DNA of 64,000 nt from an uncultured delta proteobacterium (GTDB taxonomy: Bacteria; Desulfobacterota; Binatia; Binatales; Binataceae). Of this stretch, positions 8,359 to 17,782 are shown piece by piece (the first letter of the stretch is position 1; each line of letters starts with the position of its first letter). The position numbers were made by a program, and so were the translations under genes. The stretch covers positions 23,139 to 87,138 of the forward strand of contig CAWENP010000027.1 of assembly GCA_963810495.1 (NCBI GenBank), given 5' to 3'. Under the pieces are notes generated by a model, which saw only the letters and a list, made by a program, of their open reading frames with translations, made no database searches and was not told where the DNA came from.

Positions 8359-9909
8359 CTACGCACCGCGTGCGTGCCCGCGCTCAGCCACGAGCGCGCG
8401 CACCACCGCGCGGTCATCGAAATCGAGCCGCCGCCCCGCGACGAGCTGATAGTCTTCATGTCCCTTGCCCGCGATCAGCACGATGTCGCCGGGCGCCGCC
8501 ACTTCGAGCCCGAGCGCGATCGCCGCGCGCCGATCGGGCTCGACCAGGTAACCCGGCGCGGTCCCCGCCTCCTGCGGCGCAATACGGCTGAGGCCCGCGG
8601 CGCTCAGACCTGCCTCGACCTCCGCGATAATCGCCAGCGGATCTTCGCTGCGCGGATTGTCGGAGGTGAGGATCGCGAGGTCCGCCATCCGCCCCGCGAT
8701 TCCGCCCATCAGCGGGCGCTTGCCGCGATCGCGATCGCCGCCGCAGCCGAAGACGCACACGATGCGCCGCGGTTTGAGCCCGCGGAGCGCACGCAGCACC
8801 GCCTCGAGCGCGTCGGGCTTGTGCGCGTAGTCGACCAGTACGGTCACGCCTGGCGGACCGGGAACCGCCTCCAATCTGCCGGGGGCCCCTGGGCATCGCC
8901 GCAACCCTTCCGCGACCACATCCGTTTCGATGCCCAAGGCCACCGACACAGCGGAGGCGCCAAGAATGTTGAGCAGATTGATCTCGCCGAGCAGCGGCGA
9001 GCGCACTTCGATCCGCTTGTCGAACGCAGCGACCGAGGCGCGGATGCCGTCGGTGCCGGCGCTGTAGCTCAATGGATGAACGTCGAGCCCGGGCTCCAGC
9101 CCGAAACTGACTATCCGGACTTGCCGGACTTGGCGACCCTTGACCGCGTCGAGCACGCGGCGGCCGAAGGGATCGTCGCCGCGCACCACCGCGACCGCGT
9201 CAGGCCAAGTGCTTTTCGGCAGCAGCTCGCCGAACAGCCGCAGCTTGGCGGCGAAGTATTTCTCCTGCGTGCCGTGATAGTCGAGATGATCGCGGCCGAG
9301 GTTGGTGAAGACGCAGGCGCGAAAGCTGAGCGCGTCGACGCGCTCCTCGGCGAGACCGATCGATGAAATTTCGGCCGCCACGCGCCGCACGCCGGTGCGC
9401 TCCATTTCGGCGAGCGCCGACTCGAAGTCGAGCGACTCGGGCGTGGTCAGGCCGCTGTAGATTTTGCGCGGGCCGACAAAGATTCCGATCGTGCCGATGA
9501 CTCCCGGCGGCGCGCCGGCGGCCTCGAAGATCGAGGCGAGCATGTAAGTGGTCGTGGTCTTGCCGCTGGTGCCGGTCACGCCGACCAGCTCGAGCCGGCG
9601 GCTCGGCGCATCGAAAAAGCGCGAGGCGGCCGCGCCCATCAGCCGGCGCGGCCGCTCGCACTCGACAACAGTTGCCGCGGGGCGCGCGGCTTCACCACCA
9701 TCCCACCCCTTCATCACCACCACGCGCGCCCCGCGATTCAATGCATCGTCGATGTTGGCGCGGGCCTGTTCGCGATCCCGCGCCAGTGAGAAAAATAGAT
9801 CGCCCGGTTTTGCGCGCCGCGAGTCGTAGCTAAGCCCCGCGACTTCCACGCCCGCCTCGCCATGAACGCGCAGATCGGGCTCGCCAGCGATCAATTCGGC
9901 GAGCTTCAT
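8359..9909 (-). CDS. murE: UDP-MurNAc-dipeptide--meso-DAP ligase
   Basis: TGTSGKTT, LTTPES, DHLDYH, DYAHKPD, GCGGDRD, DNPR (mDAP-type), GKGHE. Confidence 0.96.
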   Translation of the reverse strand: MKLAELIAGEPDLRVHGEAGVEVAGLSYDSRRAKPGDLFFSLARDREQARANIDDALNRGARVVVMKGWDGGEAARPAATVVECERPRRLMGAAASRFFDAPSRRLELVGVTGTSGKTTTTYMLASIFEAAGAPPGVIGTIGIFVGPRKIYSGLTTPESLDFESALAEMERTGVRRVAAEISSIGLAEERVDALSFRACVFTNLGRDHLDYHGTQEKYFAAKLRLFGELLPKSTWPDAVAVVRGDDPFGRRVLDAVKGRQVRQVRIVSFGLEPGLDVHPLSYSAGTDGIRASVAAFDKRIEVRSPLLGEINLLNILGASAVSVALGIETDVVAEGLRRCPGAPGRLEAVPGPPGVTVLVDYAHKPDALEAVLRALRGLKPRRIVCVFGCGGDRDRGKRPLMGGIAGRMADLAILTSDNPRSEDPLAIIAEVEAGLSAAGLSRIAPQEAGTAPGYLVEPDRRAAIALGLEVAAPGDIVLIAGKGHEDYQLVAGRRLDFDDRAVVRALVAERGHARGA

Positions 9910-12050
9910 CGTTTGCGCCTGCGATGTGCATGGCGCGGCGCCGGCGCATGGGGGTGCGCCGGCGCCGCTTGAATGCCATGCGTCGAGTCAGTCGCAAAAG
10001 CTTCCGCATTGCCCGCGTCCGCGAGCACCGGCGCCAGCCGCAATGTCACACTGCCGGCACCCGCCGCCGCACCCGGAGCGGGCCGCTGCGCGATCACGTA
10101 ACCGTCGCCTTCGACCTCGAGGTTGAGATGGCGTAGGCCGGCCAGCGCAAAGGCGCGCCGCAGGCTGAGTCCGCTGAAATCCGGAATCCGGTCGTCTACG
10201 GTTAGCGCTGCGGCCGTCGAGTCGTCGCCGCTGAGCTCCGAACCCGGCAGCGCGTCGGATGACTGGTCAATTGAATCCTGGTGCGAAGCTTTGCGCGAAT
10301 CGTCGCGTGAATCGCCGCCCGCCGTGTGCACGGCCGGCAACAGGCTCGCCGTGTCGTAGTGCGGTGTGTTCGAGACCACGTTCAGATCGCTGAGCGCGCC
10401 CGAAGCGATTTCGCTAAAGACCGGCGCGGCCGTCAGTCCGCCGAAGTGCCCGTGCGCGACGTCGTACAGCACGACCAGGATCACCAGGCGCGGATCGTCG
10501 GCGGGCAGAAAGCCGACGAACGACGCGACCAACCGGCTTTGGTAGTAAGCGCCGGTCGTGGGATTCACCATCTGTGCGGTACCGGTCTTGCCCGCCACCA
10601 CGAAATCGCTCACGCGCGCAAGACGCCCGGTGCCGTCGGGGCCGTTGACCACGCCCTGCAACAGCCGGTTCATCGTGTGCGCGATCTCGGGCGAGATGAC
10701 GCGATGGAGCGCCTCGGGCGTATGCGTCAGCAACGGCCGGCCCGCGGCGTCATAGGCGGCCTTGAGCACGTACGGGCGCACCAGGTATCCGCCGTTAGCG
10801 ATCGCCGCGTAGGCGACCGCGAGCTGAATTGGCGTGACTCCCACGCCCTGGCCGAAGCCATGATTGGCGAGATCGATCTCGCGCCACGACGCGGGCTTGC
10901 GCAGGATACCGGCCGCCTCGCCCGGCAAATCGATCCCGGTGCGTCCGCCAAGGCCGAAGGCGCGCAATCCGTTGTAGAAGCGCTCGGGACCCAACTTGAG
11001 CGCAATTTTGGAGGCGCCGATATTCGAGGAGACTTCGACTATCCCGCCCAGGTCCAGCCATCCGTGCGGACTGTCATCGTGGATCACGCGATGCGCGACG
11101 GTGTAGGCGCCGTTTTCGCAGTAGATGCGCTGGCTCGGCGTGATTGCGCCGTCCTGCAGCGCGATCGAGGCGAGCAGGCCCTTCATCGTCGAGCCCGGCT
11201 CGAAGGCGTCCTGCACCGCGGTGTCGTGCAGGCGCTCGCCGACGCTTGCGCCGTCGGCCGCAATATTCGCCAGCGCCAGCACCTGGCCGCTGAACGGATC
11301 GAGCACCACGGCCGCGCCGCGCCGCGCGCCGCTCGTGCGAACTTCGGCGGCCAGGTCGTTTTCGGCCAGCGCCTGGATCCGCGCGTCGAGCGTCAACACC
11401 AGGCGCGCGCCCACCTCCGGGGTCTTGAGCGCAAGCGGACTGTCGAAGATCGGATGGCCGAGCGCGTCATGATAGAAGCGCAACACCACCGGCTCGCCGC
11501 GAATCAGCCGATCGTATTGCAATTCGAGGCCGGAGAGACCCTGGCCATCCATCCCCGCCAACCCCACCACCGGCGCGGCCAGGGTGCTCTCCGGATAGAA
11601 CCTTTTGTATTCGCTGAGCGCGCCCACTCCGTCGAGACTAAGCGCTTCGGCCGCCTGCGCCTCTGCGGGGGGCAGATGGCGCCGCAGCCATACGAAGGGC
11701 GCTCCGCGATGAAGCTTCGCCTCCAATTCGGAGGGCGTGATTCCGAGCGCGGCGGCCAGCGACGCGCGCTGCCCGGGCGTTGCGGCGGCGAGCAGTTGCG
11801 CCGGCCGCGCATAGATCGATCGAGTCTCGGCCGAGAGCGCGAGGGGCTCGCCGTTGCGATCCGCGAGCGGCCCGCGCGGCGCCGCCAGCGCGACCTCACC
11901 CGTATGCTCCGTGCGCGCGAGCGAAGTCAGGCGCGGCCCGTCGAATACCACCAGCGCGGCGAGCCTGAGCGCGATCAGCACGAAGAGCGCGGCCAGCACG
12001 ATAGTCAGCGCGCCAATTCGGCCGCGGCGCTTTTTGAACGGCTCGTTCAC
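9906..12050 (-). CDS. ftsI: Class B penicillin-binding protein FtsI with C-terminal PASTA-like domain
   Basis: SxxK (EPGSTMK), SSN, KTGTAQ; N-terminal TM; start GTG 12050 overlapping the ftsL stop. Confidence 0.94.
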   Translation of the reverse strand: MNEPFKKRRGRIGALTIVLAALFVLIALRLAALVVFDGPRLTSLARTEHTGEVALAAPRGPLADRNGEPLALSAETRSIYARPAQLLAAATPGQRASLAAALGITPSELEAKLHRGAPFVWLRRHLPPAEAQAAEALSLDGVGALSEYKRFYPESTLAAPVVGLAGMDGQGLSGLELQYDRLIRGEPVVLRFYHDALGHPIFDSPLALKTPEVGARLVLTLDARIQALAENDLAAEVRTSGARRGAAVVLDPFSGQVLALANIAADGASVGERLHDTAVQDAFEPGSTMKGLLASIALQDGAITPSQRIYCENGAYTVAHRVIHDDSPHGWLDLGGIVEVSSNIGASKIALKLGPERFYNGLRAFGLGGRTGIDLPGEAAGILRKPASWREIDLANHGFGQGVGVTPIQLAVAYAAIANGGYLVRPYVLKAAYDAAGRPLLTHTPEALHRVISPEIAHTMNRLLQGVVNGPDGTGRLARVSDFVVAGKTGTAQMVNPTTGAYYQSRLVASFVGFLPADDPRLVILVVLYDVAHGHFGGLTAAPVFSEIASGALSDLNVVSNTPHYDTASLLPAVHTAGGDSRDDSRKASHQDSIDQSSDALPGSELSGDDSTAAALTVDDRIPDFSGLSLRRAFALAGLRHLNLEVEGDGYVIAQRPAPGAAAGAGSVTLRLAPVLADAGNAEAFATDSTHGIQAAPAHPHAPAPRHAHRRRKR

Positions 12051-12337
12051 GGCAGCGTCACCACCTGGCCGGGCGCTGGCGGACCAAGGTTGAATTTCGG
12101 CGCCAGCGCGCGCAGACGCTCGCGCGAAGCGACTTCGGCCACGCCCAGGCGCAGGTTGCGGTTGTCCTCTTCGAGCTTGAGATTGTCGCTGCGGAGCGTC
12201 GAGAGCCGATAGCCCTCCTGCGTGACCTCCAGGCGCACCATCAGGGTCGCAAAGCCCAGTGCGATAACGCCCACTGCGAGAATCGCCTGCAGCAAACGCG
12301 ACGGCGGGCGCGACGGTTTGACTCGCGCACGGCTCAT
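12047..12337 (-). CDS. ftsL: Cell division protein FtsL
   Basis: Small TM plus coiled-coil protein between rsmH and ftsI; C-terminal 'LGPPAPGQV'. Confidence 0.85.
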   Translation of the reverse strand: MSRARVKPSRPPSRLLQAILAVGVIALGFATLMVRLEVTQEGYRLSTLRSDNLKLEEDNRNLRLGVAEVASRERLRALAPKFNLGPPAPGQVVTLP

Positions 12338-13251
12338 CGCGGCCCCCGTTCGATAGCGCGCAGTCGCGCGCTGCGCGCACGCGGATTGTGCGCGCATTCG
12401 GAGGCCGAAGGGCGAAGCGCTTTGCGCGTCAGCGCCACGAAACCCCCGTCGTGCGCGAGCGCGCGGAAGCGATGCTTGACCGGGCGATCCTCCAGCGAGT
12501 GGTAGGCGATGATCGCGAGACGGCCGCCCGCGTTAAGGCATCCCGGAGCGCGATCGAGGAATGCCGCTAGACTCTCAATCTCGTGGTTGACCGCGATGCG
12601 CAGCGCCTGGAAGGTGCGGGTCGCCGGATGGATCGCACCGCGATGGCGCGTGCCGGCCGCGCGTTCGATAACCGCGCGCAGTTCCGCGGTGGTCGTCAAC
12701 GGACGGCGGCGCCGGGCCTCCACGATTGCCCGCGCGATCCGCCGCGCGGCGCGTTCCTCACCGAACTCGCGGATGATCCGCTCGAGTTCGTCCTCCCCTT
12801 CCTCGTTCAGCAAATCGTAGGCACTAAGCGCCGCCGCCGGATCCATCCGCATGTCGAGCGGACCGTCGTTCCTGAAACTGAAACCGCGCGCCGGATCGTC
12901 GAGCGCGAAGGTGCTCATCCCCAGATCGGCCAGGATCGCGTCGGGCGCCCCCAGCGCGGCTTCGGCGATCACGCGATCGATCTCGGCGAAGTCGCCTTGC
13001 AGCAGCATCACGCGCGATCCGTAACGGCGAAGCCGCTCGCGGGCGGCCTCGAGCGCGTGCGGGTCGCGATCCAGACCAAGCAGTGTCGCGCCGCTGTGCT
13101 CCAGCAGGATTTCGGCATGTCCGCCGGTGCCGAGCGTGACGTCGACGACGAAACGCCGCTCGCCCTCGCACAGCAGAGCGCGCACCTCGCCCGGCATCAC
13201 CGGCAGATGCAGCCGATCCCCTCCCGCATTCGATTCCGCTGCCAGCGCCAT
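12334..13251 (-). CDS. rsmH: 16S rRNA m4C1402 methyltransferase
   Basis: HLPVM, DVTLGTGGH, RGFSF..DGPLDMRMD, HPATRTFQALRIAVN, HSLEDR, NPRARSARLR. Confidence 0.96.
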   Translation of the reverse strand: MALAAESNAGGDRLHLPVMPGEVRALLCEGERRFVVDVTLGTGGHAEILLEHSGATLLGLDRDPHALEAARERLRRYGSRVMLLQGDFAEIDRVIAEAALGAPDAILADLGMSTFALDDPARGFSFRNDGPLDMRMDPAAALSAYDLLNEEGEDELERIIREFGEERAARRIARAIVEARRRRPLTTTAELRAVIERAAGTRHRGAIHPATRTFQALRIAVNHEIESLAAFLDRAPGCLNAGGRLAIIAYHSLEDRPVKHRFRALAHDGGFVALTRKALRPSASECAHNPRARSARLRAIERGPR

Positions 13252-13256
13252 CCTCA

Positions 13257-13298
13257 CCTACTGATTGAGCTTCGCGACCTACAGATTGAGCTTCGCGA
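13257..13298. repeat. 21-bp tandem duplication of the mraZ 3' end
   Basis: CCTACTGATTGAGCTTCGCGA / CCTACAGATTGAGCTTCGCGA, one mismatch. Confidence 0.85.
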
Positions 13299-13728
13299 CG
13301 AATTCCGGATCCATCATCTGCTGCTCGGCCGCCTCCAGGATTCGTTGCAACACGGCCTTGTCCCAAAGCTGAAAATGGTCGATTAATGCGTTGAAGGTGA
13401 CGTCGCGATCGAGATGGGCATACTCGCGAAGTTTGGGCGGAATGAGTATCCTGCCCTGGCGATCGACTTGAACCTCATGCGCACCGCCGACCACAAACAT
13501 CTGAAAAGTCTGGACCGCAGGGGCCAGGCTCCCGTGCTGGCCCATCTTGCCGCTAAGCCTGGTCCACTCGCCGGGAGGATAGAGCGCAAGGCATCGCTCC
13601 TTTTGGTAGATCCAGTTGGTGATGAACAGGCTTTCATGACCATCGCGCTGCAGTACCTCGCGGAATCGGGCCGGGATGCTGACCCGTCCCTTTTCGTCGG
13701 TCGCATGGTCGAATCGTCCAAGGAACAC
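13279..13728 (-). CDS. mraZ: Transcriptional regulator MraZ
   Basis: FLGRFDHATDEKGRVSIPARFR and DRQGRILIPPKLREYA (two DxxGR motifs); first gene of the dcw cluster; probable GTG start 13728. Confidence 0.93.
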   Translation of the reverse strand: MFLGRFDHATDEKGRVSIPARFREVLQRDGHESLFITNWIYQKERCLALYPPGEWTRLSGKMGQHGSLAPAVQTFQMFVVGGAHEVQVDRQGRILIPPKLREYAHLDRDVTFNALIDHFQLWDKAVLQRILEAAEQQMMDPEFVAKLNL

Positions 13729-13745
13729 CGCAACGCCCCCTAACC

Positions 13746-13771
13746 TCCCACAACATCCCACTCGCTCCCAC
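13746..13771 (-). promoter_or_regulatory. MraZ-binding direct repeats
   Basis: Three GTGGGA copies on the minus strand with exact 10-bp period (plus TCCCAC at 13746, 13756, 13766) just upstream of mraZ, matching known MraZ operators. Confidence 0.8.
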
Positions 13772-13961
13772 CTCAGTCAAGTCAATTGCTGCGGAGTGAC
13801 GAAAATCGAAGTTTATCTCGCTGAATATCTAACACGAATAAAAAGCGAAACTCACGTCGTCCTTGACATCGCGGCCATCTATCCAAAAGAATCGTGCGCA
13901 ATCGTTTTCTGACAATCGCCGATCCCGGGGTACATTTGGGATTCTGAGTAAGGTGGTGGAG

Positions 13962-14768
13962 ATGACTGAGAACAAGTGTGTATCGCGCCCAGCGCTGTGG
14001 GCATTCGCGCTCGCCGGTACGTTAGCGATGGCTGCCGGCGTGGCGCTTGCCGCGAGCAATCGGGCAGCGGCTGAGACCGCGGCCGCGGCAGATGCGGCGG
14101 CCTCTGATGCGGCCAAGTCCGATGCAGCCGTTTCCGCAGGAGCCAATTCTGCGGGAGTAAAGACCTGGGACTTCGACCACGACCGCGGCTACTCGAAACC
14201 ACAGGATTGGATTGCGGTCGCCGGCGATTGGCGGGTGCTTATCGATCGCGACGCACCGAGCGAGCCGAATACCCTGGGTTTGCCGGGCTATGGCCTGCCG
14301 CACACCCGGCAGGTGAAAATCTGGTTCAGTTCTTTTTTCACCACTGACTATCTAGTGGCTATTCCCAAGGATACCACTGAATATGCCGACTTCAGCTACG
14401 AGGCCGCGTTCAAGGCATGGGGCGGCGCCTGGGGCAGCTATGCGGGTCTCGTCTTGCGCTACACCGATCCGCAAAGCTACTACGTGCTTGCGGCCGCATG
14501 CCCCAAGGACACGCTGGCACTGTATCGGATGAGCGGCGGGCAGTTGAATCTGATCAAGGAAGTTCCGGCGCCGCTGGAACGCGGGCGCTGGTACACATTC
14601 AAGGTTGACGCGCGCGGCGGCCATTTCGTCGCCTACCTCGATGGCAAGCAGATGTTCGCGGCCAACGACGGCGCGATCGCCAAGGGACGCATCGGGGTGT
14701 GGTCGCAGAACGATTCAAGGGTGAGTTTCGACAATATCAAGTTGACGCCGGCGGCGTCCGGTTCGTAG
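13962..14768 (+). CDS. Exported concanavalin-A/DUF1080-like beta-sandwich protein
   Basis: Signal-like N-terminus, Ala-rich linker, 'AGLVLRYTDPQSYYVL', 'WYTFKVDARG', 'KGRIGVW...VSFDNIKL'. Confidence 0.7.
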   Translation: MTENKCVSRPALWAFALAGTLAMAAGVALAASNRAAAETAAAADAAASDAAKSDAAVSAGANSAGVKTWDFDHDRGYSKPQDWIAVAGDWRVLIDRDAPSEPNTLGLPGYGLPHTRQVKIWFSSFFTTDYLVAIPKDTTEYADFSYEAAFKAWGGAWGSYAGLVLRYTDPQSYYVLAAACPKDTLALYRMSGGQLNLIKEVPAPLERGRWYTFKVDARGGHFVAYLDGKQMFAANDGAIAKGRIGVWSQNDSRVSFDNIKLTPAASGS

Positions 14769-14847
14769 CCGCCAGCGAGGCGCAATCAACTGCCGCGGCC
14801 ACGCGAGTACTTGCAGCCTCGCAAGCTGCGCCATAGTGTGAAAATCG

Positions 14848-15111
14848 ATGGTGGATCCGGTTCAGGAGCAAGCCCGTATTTCGCAGGAGCCGCATGTGCC
14901 CGAGGCTCTGGGCGTGGGCGGATTTCTCGGCTCGGTGCTGTACGGAATCGGCGTGAGCCTGGGGCTCGCGCTGCTGTGGTTCATGGAGGTCGTGCGGAAT
15001 ATATTCTTCCGCGCGCTCGATCGGCTTAACGTCAAGCCACGCCGGGGCCGCGCCAGCGCTTTTCCTCCCGGGCAGCCGCGCAAGCACCCACAGTCGCCCG
15101 CCTCAAGCTGA
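14848..15111 (+). CDS. Small hypothetical membrane protein
   Basis: 87 aa, one hydrophobic segment followed by a basic tail; ATG start. Confidence 0.5.
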   Translation: MVDPVQEQARISQEPHVPEALGVGGFLGSVLYGIGVSLGLALLWFMEVVRNIFFRALDRLNVKPRRGRASAFPPGQPRKHPQSPASS

Positions 15112-15162
15112 CCCGCGTCGTTCGCGTCAATCTTGCGTGTCAGTCTCGCTCGGCCGCGCAGG

Positions 15163-17646
15163 TTACTCGGACTGCGGCTTGATCGTGCGCCCGGCCCGCT
15201 TGCCGTTATGCGACCCGTCGCGGCGCCGGCGCTCAAAGCGCTCGATCACACCCGGCGCCACGTCTTGCGCATCATCCTGAGCATCATCTCGCGCACGATC
15301 TTGCACCTCATCGAGCAGCCGTCCGAGGTAGCGCGCAAGATTGTCGTCGAGCACGCGCACCAGTGCGTCGGTATGGGCGGCCTGGGTGATTTTGAGAAAG
15401 CCGTCCAGCCGATGGCCGCGATCGTGTTGGCGAATCAGACGCGCAATCGCGTCGTGCGAAAGCGCGGCCAGCTTGGCCTTGAGCGCGCGCCGCATCTCTT
15501 CGAAGACCTCGCCCAGCTCGGAAGCGGGCAGCGCCGTGCCCAGCACGAATCCGCATCGCGGACAGCGAGGCACGAGATCGAGCGTGACCGGCGCGTCGGA
15601 CGCGCATCGCACGACCCGGCGTCCCGACTCTTCGATCCGCGGCCCGAGCGCCCCGCCGACGGGAGCGCCCAGCGCAGCGATCGAATTGAGCCTGCCCAGC
15701 GCGCCGAAATGCTCGCGCGCGTCGGCTAGCTCGATCGCGATGCGCTCGTTCTCGCGCCGCCAACGTTCATGCGCGGCCTGGTAGATCTGGATGTAGTTCC
15801 ATTTGAATTTCTGAAAGCGTATCTGGAGTGTGTCGAAACCGCGCGAGTCCCAGCGCGGCATCGCAGTTTCGAGCGCGGCGAGCAGGAGCTGGCACTCGAC
15901 CTGCGCCGCCGCCACTGCCTTGTCCACGGCCGAGCCACCTCCCACGATATCTCCCGCTACATTTCCCGCGAGGTCGGGCATCAATTCCGTCGCGCGCAGA
16001 TACTCGCGCATCTCGCGCAGCCGCGGCGCCGCCACGGCCGCCGTTGCCAACCCCTCATACGCGGCGATTACGCGCTCTGCGCGCGCGCGCGATTGTGCCT
16101 CGGCCGCCTGCTCGACCAGCGCGCCCGCACCGGCATCGGCGAGAGCGATAAAATCGTCCAGGGTTTGCCGATGCTCCGGCTTAAGCTCGGCGCGCAGCTC
16201 GCGATGCGCCGCGTCCAATGTTGTGCCGACGCGATGCGCCGCTTCGACCGCACGCGCCATCGCCTCGCTCGCGCGCTTGAGCCTGGCCCGCAACTCAGGC
16301 AGTTCGGCCGCCTCGCTGAGCGTCGAGTCGAAGCGCTGAAGGAGCGGGAGCGCGTTGTTGAAGGCCGCGACTTCGGGCGCTCCGGCGGCGCGCGGGTTGA
16401 ATTGCGCTCCGCTCGCGTCGAAAGCGATCACTCCGCCGGTGCGTGCGGCCAGCGCCTCCAGCATCGCGGATATTGTGGTGCCGGCCGGCGGGAAGGAGCT
16501 GTGGCGCTGGTAGCGCTCGGGCATACGCGCGCGCAACTCACCGGGCGAAAGCGTCCGCGCGCCGCCGCCGAGCCACTCCAGCAGCAGGACGTCGACGATC
16601 CCGCGCGCGCGCCCGCGTTCTTCCATCGCGTCGGCGGCGCGATGCGCAATCCTAAGCGCCGCACGGCCGGCCTGACCCAGCCGTTCGTCCACCCCCCTGG
16701 CCACCGCCGTGGCACCCATCAACTCGACCGATAGAAGCGGCCGCACACAGCCGTCGACGGCATTTTCGCGCCAGGCCGCGAGTGCCGCGCTGACAAGTTT
16801 CGCCATCGCCGCCACGCTCGGCGGCTCGCCGCCCAGGGCGCGCAGCGTTTCGATCGAACGCGGATCGAACGGGAAGATCGCGCGCGGCTCGAAGCCGCCG
16901 ATATCGACGCCCTCGTACAGTAACGCGGCAGCCGCCTCGTCCACGACCCGGCGCGTTCGCGCCAAAGCGGCCAGAATCTGCTCCGCGCCGCCAGCCGGAG
17001 CGACCTCGAGCGCCATCGCGCTCGCCGGCGCCCTGCTGCGCGCCGCAACGTACACGTTGAATGCGATCTGGCGGCTGCGCGCGGCCACGCGCGCTAGTTC
17101 TGCGAAATAGTCGTCCCATGCCGCCGCGTCGGCCGCGCCGAAATCTATTGCGACGGTGATGGCGCGGATACCGACGCGATAGGCCTGCTCGAACGCGACG
17201 CCTAGCGCCTCGCCACCGTGCAATCGGCGCCACAGCATCGCGCCCGCGTCGCCGGCGCCGATCTCGCGCGCGAGCAGATCGAACATCCGTTGCTCGAGAT
17301 CGTACGCTCCCGCACCCGCCTCGAGCCCGAGTCTGACTATCGCGTGCCGCCCCTTGGCCGTGCCGGCGCGCTCCTCGAGCGCCATCACGTAGTTCAGAAA
17401 ATGGGTTTTGCCCGCGCCGGCTCGTCCCCCAATCCAAAAAATTGCGCCGACTCCCGAAGCAAGGCTCGCGGTGATCGCGGCCCATGTGCGACTTGCCGCT
17501 TCGGTAAGCAGATAAAACTCGACGGTGCCCGCGCCCGGCACGGATTCCAGCGAGGCTCGATCCGCCATCGGCGGTCCGAACTCGATCAAGCCGCTGCCCA
17601 AACCGGAAACATTGATGGGCTGCGGAGCGCGTTCATGCACCGCCAT
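15163..17646 (-). CDS. DUF6079/BrxC-like P-loop ATPase homologue, shortened, with C-terminal CxxC
   Basis: Walker A GRAGAGKT; 'IFPFDP' resembling the [YL]FP[FV]HP motif; 'FKWNYIQIYQAAH' and 'C..PRCPRCGF' resembling DUF6079 C-termini (from memory). Confidence 0.6.
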   Translation of the reverse strand: MAVHERAPQPINVSGLGSGLIEFGPPMADRASLESVPGAGTVEFYLLTEAASRTWAAITASLASGVGAIFWIGGRAGAGKTHFLNYVMALEERAGTAKGRHAIVRLGLEAGAGAYDLEQRMFDLLAREIGAGDAGAMLWRRLHGGEALGVAFEQAYRVGIRAITVAIDFGAADAAAWDDYFAELARVAARSRQIAFNVYVAARSRAPASAMALEVAPAGGAEQILAALARTRRVVDEAAAALLYEGVDIGGFEPRAIFPFDPRSIETLRALGGEPPSVAAMAKLVSAALAAWRENAVDGCVRPLLSVELMGATAVARGVDERLGQAGRAALRIAHRAADAMEERGRARGIVDVLLLEWLGGGARTLSPGELRARMPERYQRHSSFPPAGTTISAMLEALAARTGGVIAFDASGAQFNPRAAGAPEVAAFNNALPLLQRFDSTLSEAAELPELRARLKRASEAMARAVEAAHRVGTTLDAAHRELRAELKPEHRQTLDDFIALADAGAGALVEQAAEAQSRARAERVIAAYEGLATAAVAAPRLREMREYLRATELMPDLAGNVAGDIVGGGSAVDKAVAAAQVECQLLLAALETAMPRWDSRGFDTLQIRFQKFKWNYIQIYQAAHERWRRENERIAIELADAREHFGALGRLNSIAALGAPVGGALGPRIEESGRRVVRCASDAPVTLDLVPRCPRCGFVLGTALPASELGEVFEEMRRALKAKLAALSHDAIARLIRQHDRGHRLDGFLKITQAAHTDALVRVLDDNLARYLGRLLDEVQDRARDDAQDDAQDVAPGVIERFERRRRDGSHNGKRAGRTIKPQSE

Positions 17647-17737
17647 GACGCAGTTCTAACATGGCGGCCAGAGCCGTTCGCTTTGTGGCTCGATCAGCGG
17701 AGGTCAGAATTCACGGGCGTGTGGCCAACCGGTCTAT

Positions 17738-17774
17738 CGTATGCACCGGTCGTATGCACCGGGCGTATGCACCG
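17738..17774. repeat. Three CGTATGCACCG copies, 13-bp period
   Basis: Copies at 17738, 17751, 17764, upstream of the ATPase start. Confidence 0.85.
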
Positions 17775-17782
17775 AGCGCCGC

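Noticed and set aside
15163-17646. Complete BREX defence system
   Set aside because: No pglZ, methyltransferase or other brx genes nearby; only the orphan ATPase-like gene is supported
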